The notes under the pieces are model-generated. The model had not been told where the DNA came from and did no database searches. It worked only from the letters and a program-made list of their open reading frames with translations. Source: Gemmatimonadota bacterium (GTDB lineage: Bacteria > Gemmatimonadota > Gemmatimonadetes > Palauibacterales > Palauibacteraceae). From it: 64,000 nucleotides of DNA. Position 1 is the stretch's first letter; each line of letters opens with the position of its first letter. Location: NCBI GenBank assembly GCA_039586095.1, contig JBDHLB010000002.1, positions 64,300 through 128,299 on the forward strand, read 5' to 3'. Below, in pieces: positions 18,741 through 26,386 of this stretch. The position numbers and the translations under genes were made by a program.

Positions 18741-18825
18741 GGGCCTAGCAGCAACTCCGGCTCACCCGTGAGCGAAACGATCGTGTGCCGGCCGTTCAGG
18801 CTCGCCGCTCCGATGGGCAGCGCCC

Positions 18826-21800
18826 CTACCTCTCTACCGGACCCAGGTACTCGTCCAGCCAGGCCAGGGTCTCCTTGATGAACTCGCTCCGGGGCGGGAT
18901 GTGGTCGGTGTCGTAGAGGATGATCTGCTTGTGCTCGGCCGGCGTTCCCAGCAGATCGAACATGGGCTTGATGCCCGCATCGATCCGCACATCGTACTTC
19001 CCGTTCAGCATGAGCGTGGGTTTCCTGACCCGCGTCACGTAGTTGAGCGGGTGCACCTCGGGCCTTCCGAGGTCGAGTAGAGCCCCTGCCAGCAAAACGT
19101 TGGTGACGATGCGCTCCTCCACCGCCGGAATGATCGCTCCAAGTGCGCCGCCCATACTCATTCCGTAGTAGGCGATCTTCTCGCTGTCGATGTCCTCGCG
19201 CGTCTCGAGATAATCCAGGCTTCTTCGGAAATCCCTGACGACCTGGATCGTGAATTCGGAATACTGGTGGGACCTACTCTGCGGCGGCGGAGCCGGCATT
19301 CCGGGAACCTGCCGCTCGAATGTTCCCTTATAGACCGGATAGAGCACCGCGCGCCCGTTCGTCAGCAGGTAGGAGAGGAACATGGGGAACTCGTAGTAGT
19401 TCTCCAGACCCTCGCTCGACGCCGTGAAGGTAGAAGCACTCCCGGGGAAGTAGACGACCGTCTGGAAGGGAGGCGGCGTGTTGGTCGGAAGGAACAGGTG
19501 GGCTATGACCCGCTCACCGCCATAGGCAGCGTCGAAGGTGATCTTCTCCCGGATCCACCCTCCCGGGCCCTCCTCCCTGGACTCCACTCGAGCGTTGAGC
19601 GGTGTCTCGTCGTAGGAGAATTGCTCGCTGTAGATCTGGAAGATGTCATCGGAAACCGGCTGTTGCGCCCGAAGATCGGTGGGTGGACCGAGAGGCAGGA
19701 ACGCGAACGCGGCTTCGGGCACCGTCTCGGGATCCCGATAGACGGCCAGCCTGAAACCGTTGTTGGCCGAACGATCCATGGGTGGCGCCTGACGATTGAC
19801 GTTGAAGTCGTAGGTGTTGCCGTCCCACGCGCCGCCTCTGATAAGTCTTCCCTGCGGGGTCTCGTTCCAGCACCACTCCCGCACGTTGCCGGCCATGTCG
19901 TGCGCCCCATAGGCGGTGATGCCGCGGAGGCTACCGACCGGAACGGGCCCCTGGCCTCCGAAGTTGGCGAAGGGGGCAAAGACGGCGAAGCCTCCGAGCT
20001 GTGGCCACATGATCATCGGGGTGAAGCCGCCGCTCGCCGCATGCCAGTGGATGCCAGTAGGCAAGGTAGCGCCCGCATACTCCGCATACGCCGCCGCCTC
20101 GTACCAGCTCACTCCCGAGACCGGGTACTCCTCCCGGCCTGCGGGATAGTCTCCTCCCATCCAGCTGGAGGGGCCGGGCTGGCCCGACGGATCGACGAAC
20201 TCCCGCATAGCCCAGTCCCAGCTGATCTCCTCTCCGTCCTTTACGAAGGGGTGCCGCCAGTACTCCCGGTTCCTGTACCCACCCGCGTCGACGAAGCGCT
20301 TGTATTCCCGGTTCGTGACTTCGTACTTACCGATGAAGAAGTCATCCAGGGTGCCGCTGGGCGTGTCCGTGCTCTCGACCCGCACCATTCCAAGTGGAAC
20401 GCCGCCCTCCCGATCCAGCGTGCGAACGAGCTCGTACGGGACGAGGCCGACCCCGATTCCCTGTCTCGTCTGAACGGTAGGATCGAAGGCCCAGGTGGCG
20501 GCTGCTGCATGGACCGTCTCGTGCCTGTCCAGCTCGATCTTCCATCGGAAAATCCCCACGGGCACGCGCGCGCCCTCGAGGGGCGAGTCACCCAGGTAGG
20601 TCCACTCGGCATCAGGGTCCGCGAACTCCTTCATGTAGACGCGGGCGCCGGGCGGTGTCGTCCGCACGTTCATGTCCATGGCGACGCGGGAAAACACGTC
20701 GGCCAGCGCGGGGTCGTCCCCGAGGACGGCTTCGGCTTGCTCAGCGAGGCGATAGGGCGGTACGAGGTTGCGCCAGGTGTCGTTCTCCGCGATCAGCCGC
20801 TCGATCTCCGGGAGGGCCACCTCGCGCGCCCACGCTACCTCGGCGCGATGCTGGAAGAACCAGACGGTGGACGCTGCAACCGCTACGACAGCCAGCCCGG
20901 TCGCGATGGCCACCCGTGGCTGACGGAGGCGACGTACGAGCGATCGAATGTTGAAAACGCCGGCCGCCTCGGCGCGGAGGACTTCGGAGTATTTCCGGAG
21001 GTCCTCCACGATCTCCTCCGCCGAGGCGTAGCGGTCCGCGGGGTCCTTCTTCAGCGCCCGATCCACCACACGCTGGAGGGCGCCAGGAACGGGCGGTTCG
21101 CGGCGCGGGATGGGTCTCGGGTCCTCGTTCAGGATGTTGTAGATGACCGCAAGGTCGTTGGCGCCGACAAACGGCATCTCTCCGGTGAGCAGTTCGTAGA
21201 ACACGACTCCGGCTGACCACAGGTCGGATCGATGATCGACCTGCGCCCCGGACGCCTGTTCGGGCGACATGAAGCCGACCGTGCCGAGCGTCGTCTGCGT
21301 CTTGGTCAGCGACTCTCCGCCGTGGAGCTTGGCCAGTCCGAAATCCATGATCTTCGCCTGGCCCTTGTCCGTGATCATGATGTTGCTGCTCTTGATGTCA
21401 CGGTGGATGATGCCCTTGCCGTGGGCTTCGCCCAGCCCTCTGGCCACCTGCTCCATGAGTGCCGCGACCTCTTCGGTCGCCAGTGGCTCACGCTTGACCC
21501 TCTGCCGGAGCGTCTCCCCTTCGACATACTCCATCGCGATGAAGGGCAGGCCTTCATCCTCTGCCACCTCGTGAATGACGCAGATATTCGGGTGGGAGAG
21601 GGCCGCGGCGGCCTGTGCCTCGATGAGGAAGCGCGATCTGAGTTCGTCCAATGCAGCCAGGTGAGGAGGCAGGAACTTGAGGGCCACCCAGCGCTTGAGC
21701 TGCGTGTCACGGGCCTTGTAGACGACGCCCATCCCCCCGCGGCCGAGCTCCCGGGCAATCTCGTACTTTCCGCCGATCAAGCGATCGGTCGCCGCGAAAT

Positions 21801-21954
21801 CGGGTGTGTCGTCGAGTGGCTGATCTGCTGGGGGATCACTCTCGTGTTCAACCAGGCCCTCGTCACCGGCATGCTCGCCATGGAGAGGTGCCGAGCACTG
21901 GCCACAATACTTCGAATCGGTCGCGTTCTCGGAATGGCAGCGAGGACATTTCAT
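18826..21954 (-). CDS. Multidomain Ser/Thr protein kinase: Zn-ribbon, STK, TM, FGE-sulfatase (SUMF1) and alpha/beta-hydrolase
   Basis: ATG 21954 gives 'MKCPRCHSEN..YCGQC' (zinc ribbon). The kinase has 'HRDIKSSNIM', 'DFG' and 'SPEQ'. The TM helix is 'IATGLAVVAVAASTVWFF'. FGE-sulfatase blocks are 'FFIGKYEVTNREY', 'PVSGVSWYEAAAYAEYAG' and 'AGNVREWCWN...RGGAW'. The C-terminal hydrolase has the nucleophile elbow 'GMSMGG' and 'DTDH'. The track ORF (to 22545) is an N-terminal over-extension; ATG 22008 is an alternative start. Confidence 0.85.
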   Translation of the reverse strand: MKCPRCHSENATDSKYCGQCSAPLHGEHAGDEGLVEHESDPPADQPLDDTPDFAATDRLIGGKYEIARELGRGGMGVVYKARDTQLKRWVALKFLPPHLAALDELRSRFLIEAQAAAALSHPNICVIHEVAEDEGLPFIAMEYVEGETLRQRVKREPLATEEVAALMEQVARGLGEAHGKGIIHRDIKSSNIMITDKGQAKIMDFGLAKLHGGESLTKTQTTLGTVGFMSPEQASGAQVDHRSDLWSAGVVFYELLTGEMPFVGANDLAVIYNILNEDPRPIPRREPPVPGALQRVVDRALKKDPADRYASAEEIVEDLRKYSEVLRAEAAGVFNIRSLVRRLRQPRVAIATGLAVVAVAASTVWFFQHRAEVAWAREVALPEIERLIAENDTWRNLVPPYRLAEQAEAVLGDDPALADVFSRVAMDMNVRTTPPGARVYMKEFADPDAEWTYLGDSPLEGARVPVGIFRWKIELDRHETVHAAAATWAFDPTVQTRQGIGVGLVPYELVRTLDREGGVPLGMVRVESTDTPSGTLDDFFIGKYEVTNREYKRFVDAGGYRNREYWRHPFVKDGEEISWDWAMREFVDPSGQPGPSSWMGGDYPAGREEYPVSGVSWYEAAAYAEYAGATLPTGIHWHAASGGFTPMIMWPQLGGFAVFAPFANFGGQGPVPVGSLRGITAYGAHDMAGNVREWCWNETPQGRLIRGGAWDGNTYDFNVNRQAPPMDRSANNGFRLAVYRDPETVPEAAFAFLPLGPPTDLRAQQPVSDDIFQIYSEQFSYDETPLNARVESREEGPGGWIREKITFDAAYGGERVIAHLFLPTNTPPPFQTVVYFPGSASTFTASSEGLENYYEFPMFLSYLLTNGRAVLYPVYKGTFERQVPGMPAPPPQSRSHQYSEFTIQVVRDFRRSLDYLETREDIDSEKIAYYGMSMGGALGAIIPAVEERIVTNVLLAGALLDLGRPEVHPLNYVTRVRKPTLMLNGKYDVRIDAGIKPMFDLLGTPAEHKQIILYDTDHIPPRSEFIKETLAWLDEYLGPVER

Positions 21955-22344
21955 GAGGCTTCGATCCTTGATCGCACATGAATGCCGCACAGGAGACGAC
22001 TTCGGCATGAGAATAAAGCCTTCCCAAAGCCATTGGTAGATCGCCCGGCGCGACCCCCCGGTTGTGGTACAGCGTCCGGTCGGACGTTGCCGTCTCGCCA
22101 CACAACCCCCTCCGCGTACCACGGCGAGACACTCGTCGCCGATTCGTGGCAAAGGCGTGACACCGACTGTTTCTCCAGTAAACAAGCGGCATTCCGGGGA
22201 TGAGTTCGTCCGGAAACTGGCGAGAGGTCCGTGCGGGCGTATTTTTTGAACCTTCCACCGCTCGCTCCGGGGCCCATCGCCACACAGCGGGGCGTGGGGA
22301 ATGGGCGAAAAGTGATCCGCAAACTGCGGAAGATGCCGTAAAAT

Positions 22345-24069
22345 ATGGAGATAGGGGATCTGGTGGCGCGGGACCTCAAGGGAGACACCGAAAGAGGACC
22401 GAACGGCCGCCAGGACGGGGATTTTCCCGGCGTGTACGTCGCCGATGAGGAGGGCTCCGAGCCGGTGGTGCCCAGGGGAATGGGCCGATGGCATTATTCT
22501 CCCAGCACCGGCCAGATGTCCCGCGTCCGAGAGCTGCTCGAGCAAGGGAACATCTCGCTAATCCTGCCCACCGAGGTGTTTGTCCACTTCTACCCCGCCA
22601 GCCCCGAGCAGGTGATCAACGCCGCCTACGCCGCAGGCTTCAACGAGCTGTACTTCGAGACCCTGGGCGACGAGCTCGTCGCCATGGAGTACCTGCGACA
22701 GTGGCGTGAAAACACCGACAAGAAGACCTGGATTCGATCGACCAGCCCGCTGCTCGTCGAGTACTGCCGCTGGCGCCATCCGGAGCTGCTCGCCTATCTG
22801 GCGCCGATCGTGACTCCGCCAGTCGCCCTTGCCCGCTACCTGAAACGACAGTTGGGCGACGACAGGAGAATCGTGTACGCCGGACTCGACTTCCCGGCCA
22901 CCAACGGACATGAAGAGTTCGCTTCGCACATCTCCTTTCCGGAGCTGCAGCACCTGTTCGAGGAGCGCAGAGCGAGTCCCGGAGAGCAACCCATTCTTCT
23001 GCGGGTGATGCCGCCGGACCTCAGGCGATATCTGGCGGCACCCGGCGGCCTTCCTCTTCCCATGCTGGATCAGGAGAGGGCCTCCTCCCGCACGTTCCGG
23101 AAGTTGCGCGGGCTCCACACCCTGGAGGGACTCGCGGAGCTGGTGCAAACACCGGAAGGTCAGCAGCTGGGCTTCATCGACGTACTACCGTTCGATGGGC
23201 TGCTGGATCACCCCGCGCTGGGTGATCCGAACCGGCTGTACTGGCGCCGCAGCCTGCTTCAGCTGGCCGAGCCGGCACGTTCGGAGCGGCCGATCATCTC
23301 GGTGCCGGACGACATTGATCTTTCGACCTCGTTCCCGCCACGGGAATCCACCCTGCCGGAGGACGAGATCCAGGAGGTCGTGCGGGCCCTGGAGGAAGTC
23401 GGGACCACCCACGACGGCGGTGTGTGGAAGACGGATCCGCTGGGCTACGCGCGCTATCTGTCACTCACCGAATCGATCATGCGCTCGCGGCCCGAGCTAG
23501 CCGTCGGACTGTTCCACATGAGCCGCAACTACTCCCGTGCCGTGCGGGACGCGACCCACGATGCGCTCACCGACCTGTACAGCTATCGAGCGCTCGTGGA
23601 GCGTGTGCGGGAGGAGATGGGTCAGGCGAATCGTGCTGGATCCTCGATCGCCATGTTGTTCGTCGATCTCGACGACTTCAAAGAGATTAACGATAGGTAT
23701 GGGCATCCGACGGGGAACGAGATCCTGAAGGGTGTGGCGAGCGTTTTGCAGCAGAGCATGCGTAGCACGGACATCGCCGGTCGGTTCGGAGGCGACGAGT
23801 TCGTCGTGCTGCTCGTCGATTCGGACGAGAACGGCGCCGTGCGGGTCGCGGAACAGATTCGCGAAGGTGTAGCCGGCACCTTCGTGGAGATCCCCGGCGG
23901 AAAGGTCGGTACCACGGTGAGCATCGGTGTGGCATTTCATGACGCGGCGACGCGCGCACTCACCTCGAGCGACGAACTGTTCGCGGAAGCCGATGCCTCG
24001 CTGTACATTGCCAAGGCCCAGGGGGGCAACCGTGTCCATCCAGCGGTGAGGGAAGGGACTCCTCAATGA
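22345..24069 (+). CDS. Diguanylate-cyclase-type GGDEF protein with N-terminal cysteine-less [FeFe]-hydrogenase-like (Fe_hyd_lg_C-like) domain
   Basis: C-terminal GGDEF: 'LFVDLDDFKEINDRYGHPTGNEIL', I-site 'RSTD' and 'GGDEF' (23788-23802). The N-terminal ~290 aa is collinear with hydrogenase H-domain blocks but lacks all H-cluster cysteines (see findings). The start is uncertain: ATG 22345, 22480 or 22516. A TAAAAT -10-like box at 22336-22341 would favour the downstream starts. Confidence 0.8.
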   Translation: MEIGDLVARDLKGDTERGPNGRQDGDFPGVYVADEEGSEPVVPRGMGRWHYSPSTGQMSRVRELLEQGNISLILPTEVFVHFYPASPEQVINAAYAAGFNELYFETLGDELVAMEYLRQWRENTDKKTWIRSTSPLLVEYCRWRHPELLAYLAPIVTPPVALARYLKRQLGDDRRIVYAGLDFPATNGHEEFASHISFPELQHLFEERRASPGEQPILLRVMPPDLRRYLAAPGGLPLPMLDQERASSRTFRKLRGLHTLEGLAELVQTPEGQQLGFIDVLPFDGLLDHPALGDPNRLYWRRSLLQLAEPARSERPIISVPDDIDLSTSFPPRESTLPEDEIQEVVRALEEVGTTHDGGVWKTDPLGYARYLSLTESIMRSRPELAVGLFHMSRNYSRAVRDATHDALTDLYSYRALVERVREEMGQANRAGSSIAMLFVDLDDFKEINDRYGHPTGNEILKGVASVLQQSMRSTDIAGRFGGDEFVVLLVDSDENGAVRVAEQIREGVAGTFVEIPGGKVGTTVSIGVAFHDAATRALTSSDELFAEADASLYIAKAQGGNRVHPAVREGTPQ

Positions 24070-24791
24070 GGGAAGAGTCTAGGGAGGTGGAGGTCAGGGG
24101 GATGGACCCCTGGGGTCTGCGTCGTGTCGAGCAGCTCCTCCAAACCGTCGAAGGTGTCAATTCGCTCAAGCTCGTCCCAGACGAGCGTGGCGGGATTGAC
24201 GAAATCCACGTCCTCAGCAGCTCGAGTCTCGGGGCGAAGCAAATCGTTCGGAACATCGAGTCTGCCCTTCTCGCCCAATTCGGGCTTCAGGTAGACCACC
24301 GCAAGATCTCCATTGCCCAGGTCAAGGATCAGGGCATCCCGCTGGCCGAGGTCGTCGCGCAGGCGGAAGAGGCCCTAGGGGCCCCGCCAGCGCCGCGGCG
24401 TCTGGTCATCGAGGGATTCCAACTCGAACGCCATGCCGGCGAAAGCGTGGTGTGCCGGGTCGAGCTGCGATCGGGAGAGAACACCTACGAAGGAGAGGCG
24501 ACCGGGCCGGATTACGCGCGCTCCCGCCTCGAGATCGCGGGTCAGGCGGTACTCAACGCCCTCAGCAAGGTAGCCGATGGAAAAGCCTCCTTCGCGATCG
24601 AGGGCGTGACGCAGATCGAGTTGTTCAACCGGGATCTCGTGATCGCGATGGTGCAGGCGTTCGCGGGTCGCCGGCCGATCAACCTGCCCGGCATCGCAGA
24701 GATCCGGGACTCGATCGAGGAGAGCGTGGTCTACGCCTGCTTGAACGCCGCCAATCGATGGATCGGTAACCTCCCCGAGCCCGGGGAGTAA
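24066..24791 (+). CDS. Hypothetical protein (241 aa), translationally coupled to the GGDEF gene
   Basis: ATG 24066 overlaps the GGDEF stop (ATGA). High GC3. No motif I can name. It reads as two alpha/beta halves ('GVNSLKLVPDERGGIDEIHVL...KQIVRNIESAL' and 'VCRVELRSGENTYEGEATGPDYARSRLEIAGQAVLNAL'). Confidence 0.7.
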   Translation: MREESREVEVRGMDPWGLRRVEQLLQTVEGVNSLKLVPDERGGIDEIHVLSSSSLGAKQIVRNIESALLAQFGLQVDHRKISIAQVKDQGIPLAEVVAQAEEALGAPPAPRRLVIEGFQLERHAGESVVCRVELRSGENTYEGEATGPDYARSRLEIAGQAVLNALSKVADGKASFAIEGVTQIELFNRDLVIAMVQAFAGRRPINLPGIAEIRDSIEESVVYACLNAANRWIGNLPEPGE

Positions 24792-24986
24792 CTCGCAAAC
24801 TTGCGGACGACCGGCCGAGCGTGTCCATTGGCACGTTCGGCATACTATAGGGATTTGGCAGGAGCTGGAGAAAAAGGCCCCCAGGTTCGTAAAGCCTTAC
24901 CCGAGTTGAGCTGAGAGAACCTCCGAGCGGAGACAGGCGCATCCATAGCGGAACGGATGCGACTTCGTGTAGAAAGGAGGTCGACT

Positions 24987-25034
24987 ATGTGGGCTCTGGC
25001 TGTCGCGCTTTTAGCAGGCACACTTAAGTGGTAA
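24987..25034 (+). CDS. 15-codon hydrophobic mini-ORF / uORF (MWALAVALLAGTLKW) ahead of the HD-GYP gene
   Basis: Near-perfect SD AAAGGAGG (24973-24980), a 6-nt spacer, ATG 24987 and TAA 25032-25034. It ends 24 nt before the HD-GYP ATG, which has no obvious SD of its own. Confidence 0.35.
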   Translation: MWALAVALLAGTLKW

Positions 25035-25058
25035 CGGCGCGGACTTGGGGGCTTTCCT

Positions 25059-26378
25059 ATGCTGCAAGATCACCGCTTGCGAGCGTTCCTTATCTTTGTA
25101 GTCGGGGCCGCTAGCGCTTCGCTGCCAGCTTCGTTTTGGCTGTACCCGCCGCCCATCACGCCTGATTGGCTGCTCGCGTTCGTAACCCTCTTAGCCCTCG
25201 CGATCGTAGGGGCAATCCTAGCTCTCAAGATTACCGAGGGAGGCAGTACAACTTCCATGGAGTTCGTGCCTCAACTCGGCGCGATCCCATTGCTTGGGCC
25301 AGCGGGCGCGATCACGCTAACTCTTGTAACGCAGTTCTTCACCGAATTCCTGTTACTCAAGAAACCGACACAGAAGGCGATCTTTAATACAGCTCAGGTA
25401 GTCCTCTCCGTAATGCTCGCGAGCTCTCTGTATATAGCTTTCGGGGCCCGACCTAGTCTTGAGGCGCTCTCTGTCGCAGGCACTTTCCCACCATTTCTTG
25501 TCGCGGTTGTTGGTTACTTTTCGGTAAATACTGTTTCCGTTTCTTATGTGATTTCGCTCGTCGAGAAGCGGCCTTTCCGTGAGGTCTGGCAGCGTACTGC
25601 AGGGAGCATCATTGTCTTCGATTTGGCCATTAGTCCACTGGCGTATCTCGTTGCATACCTCTACGTGCAGTGGGGCGCTGCTGCGCTGCTGGCAGCGATT
25701 ATCCCAATCATTGCTCTACGCTATACCTATGGCGTCAACATTGAGCTTCAGCAGCTGAACCAAGACTTGCTTCGTGTCTTGATTAAGACTCTCGAAGCAA
25801 GGGACAAGTACACATCGGGTCATTCGTTGCGAGTTGCCGAACGGTCCAAGAGAATTGCTCAAGCGCTTCAACTTCGACTTTCTGATGTCCGGATTATCGA
25901 GACTGCCGCACTCTTACATGATATTGGAAAGATTGACCTTGCTTACGGAGACATCCTTCGGCAGTCTGGCCCCCTCAGCCCTACGCAACGCGAGTTGATC
26001 CGCTCACATCCGCAGAAGGGCGTTGATATTATCGGAGGCGTTCGCGCCCTTGACCCAGAGGTCTTGAGGTGTGTCCGACACCATCACGAATGGTACGATG
26101 GCTCCGGCTATCCATCAGGAATTGCCGGTGCCGACATCCCGTTGGGCGCTCGAATCATCATGGTGAGCGATTCAATAGATGCGATGTTGACGGATCGACC
26201 TTATCGCTCCGCCCTTAGCGTCGAGCAAGTTCGGCAGGAAATCATTCGTAATACATCAACGCAGTTTGACCCGTTGATCGTCGAAATCGTGATGGAGGAA
26301 GGGATTCTGGAGGAAGCGCAGTCTGCTTTTGAGCGTACCGTGTATGTTCATGGTCGCCCAGCCGTGGCTCTCGATTAG
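25059..26378 (+). CDS. Membrane-anchored HD-GYP domain cyclic-dinucleotide phosphodiesterase
   Basis: About 7 N-terminal TM helices, followed by 'GHSLRVAE', 'LLHDIGK' and 'HHEWYDGSGYP' (HHExxDGxGYP), i.e. an intact HD-GYP catalytic set. Confidence 0.9.
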   Translation: MLQDHRLRAFLIFVVGAASASLPASFWLYPPPITPDWLLAFVTLLALAIVGAILALKITEGGSTTSMEFVPQLGAIPLLGPAGAITLTLVTQFFTEFLLLKKPTQKAIFNTAQVVLSVMLASSLYIAFGARPSLEALSVAGTFPPFLVAVVGYFSVNTVSVSYVISLVEKRPFREVWQRTAGSIIVFDLAISPLAYLVAYLYVQWGAAALLAAIIPIIALRYTYGVNIELQQLNQDLLRVLIKTLEARDKYTSGHSLRVAERSKRIAQALQLRLSDVRIIETAALLHDIGKIDLAYGDILRQSGPLSPTQRELIRSHPQKGVDIIGGVRALDPEVLRCVRHHHEWYDGSGYPSGIAGADIPLGARIIMVSDSIDAMLTDRPYRSALSVEQVRQEIIRNTSTQFDPLIVEIVMEEGILEEAQSAFERTVYVHGRPAVALD

Positions 26379-26386
26379 AGTAAAAG

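Noticed and set aside
19267-21216. Long antisense ORFs opposite real genes. Examples: 19267-21216 (+, 649 aa), 33695-36250 (+, 851 aa), 38700-40061 (+), 44727-46373 (+), 50597-52201 (+), 55024-56223 (+) and 57905-60031 (+, 708 aa).
   Set aside because: They are Arg/Pro/Gly-rich low-complexity translations with no motifs. They lie antisense or out of frame to genes that have clear family signatures. These are typical shadow ORFs of high-GC DNA.
22236-22250. T6 run (gcgtattttttgaacc) considered as a terminator.
   Set aside because: There is no convincing upstream GC hairpin and no gene on the + strand to terminate. It is more likely an AT-rich promoter/UP-like element.
21955-22545. 197-aa N-terminal extension of the kinase ORF, and the 140-145-aa ORFs in the same region.
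   Set aside because: No motifs are present. The zinc-ribbon 'MKCPRCH' is a natural N-terminus. The region is more plausibly the divergent promoter shared with the GGDEF gene.
24840-24965. Possible c-di-GMP-I (GEMM-I) riboswitch upstream of the HD-GYP gene. 'cgtaaagcc' resembles the conserved ACGCAAAGC element.
   Set aside because: I could not fold the flanks into the P1/P2 helices. The expected GNRA tetraloop and receptor are absent, and the 'ccgag' elements are direct rather than inverted. An Infernal scan with RF01051/RF01786 would settle it.
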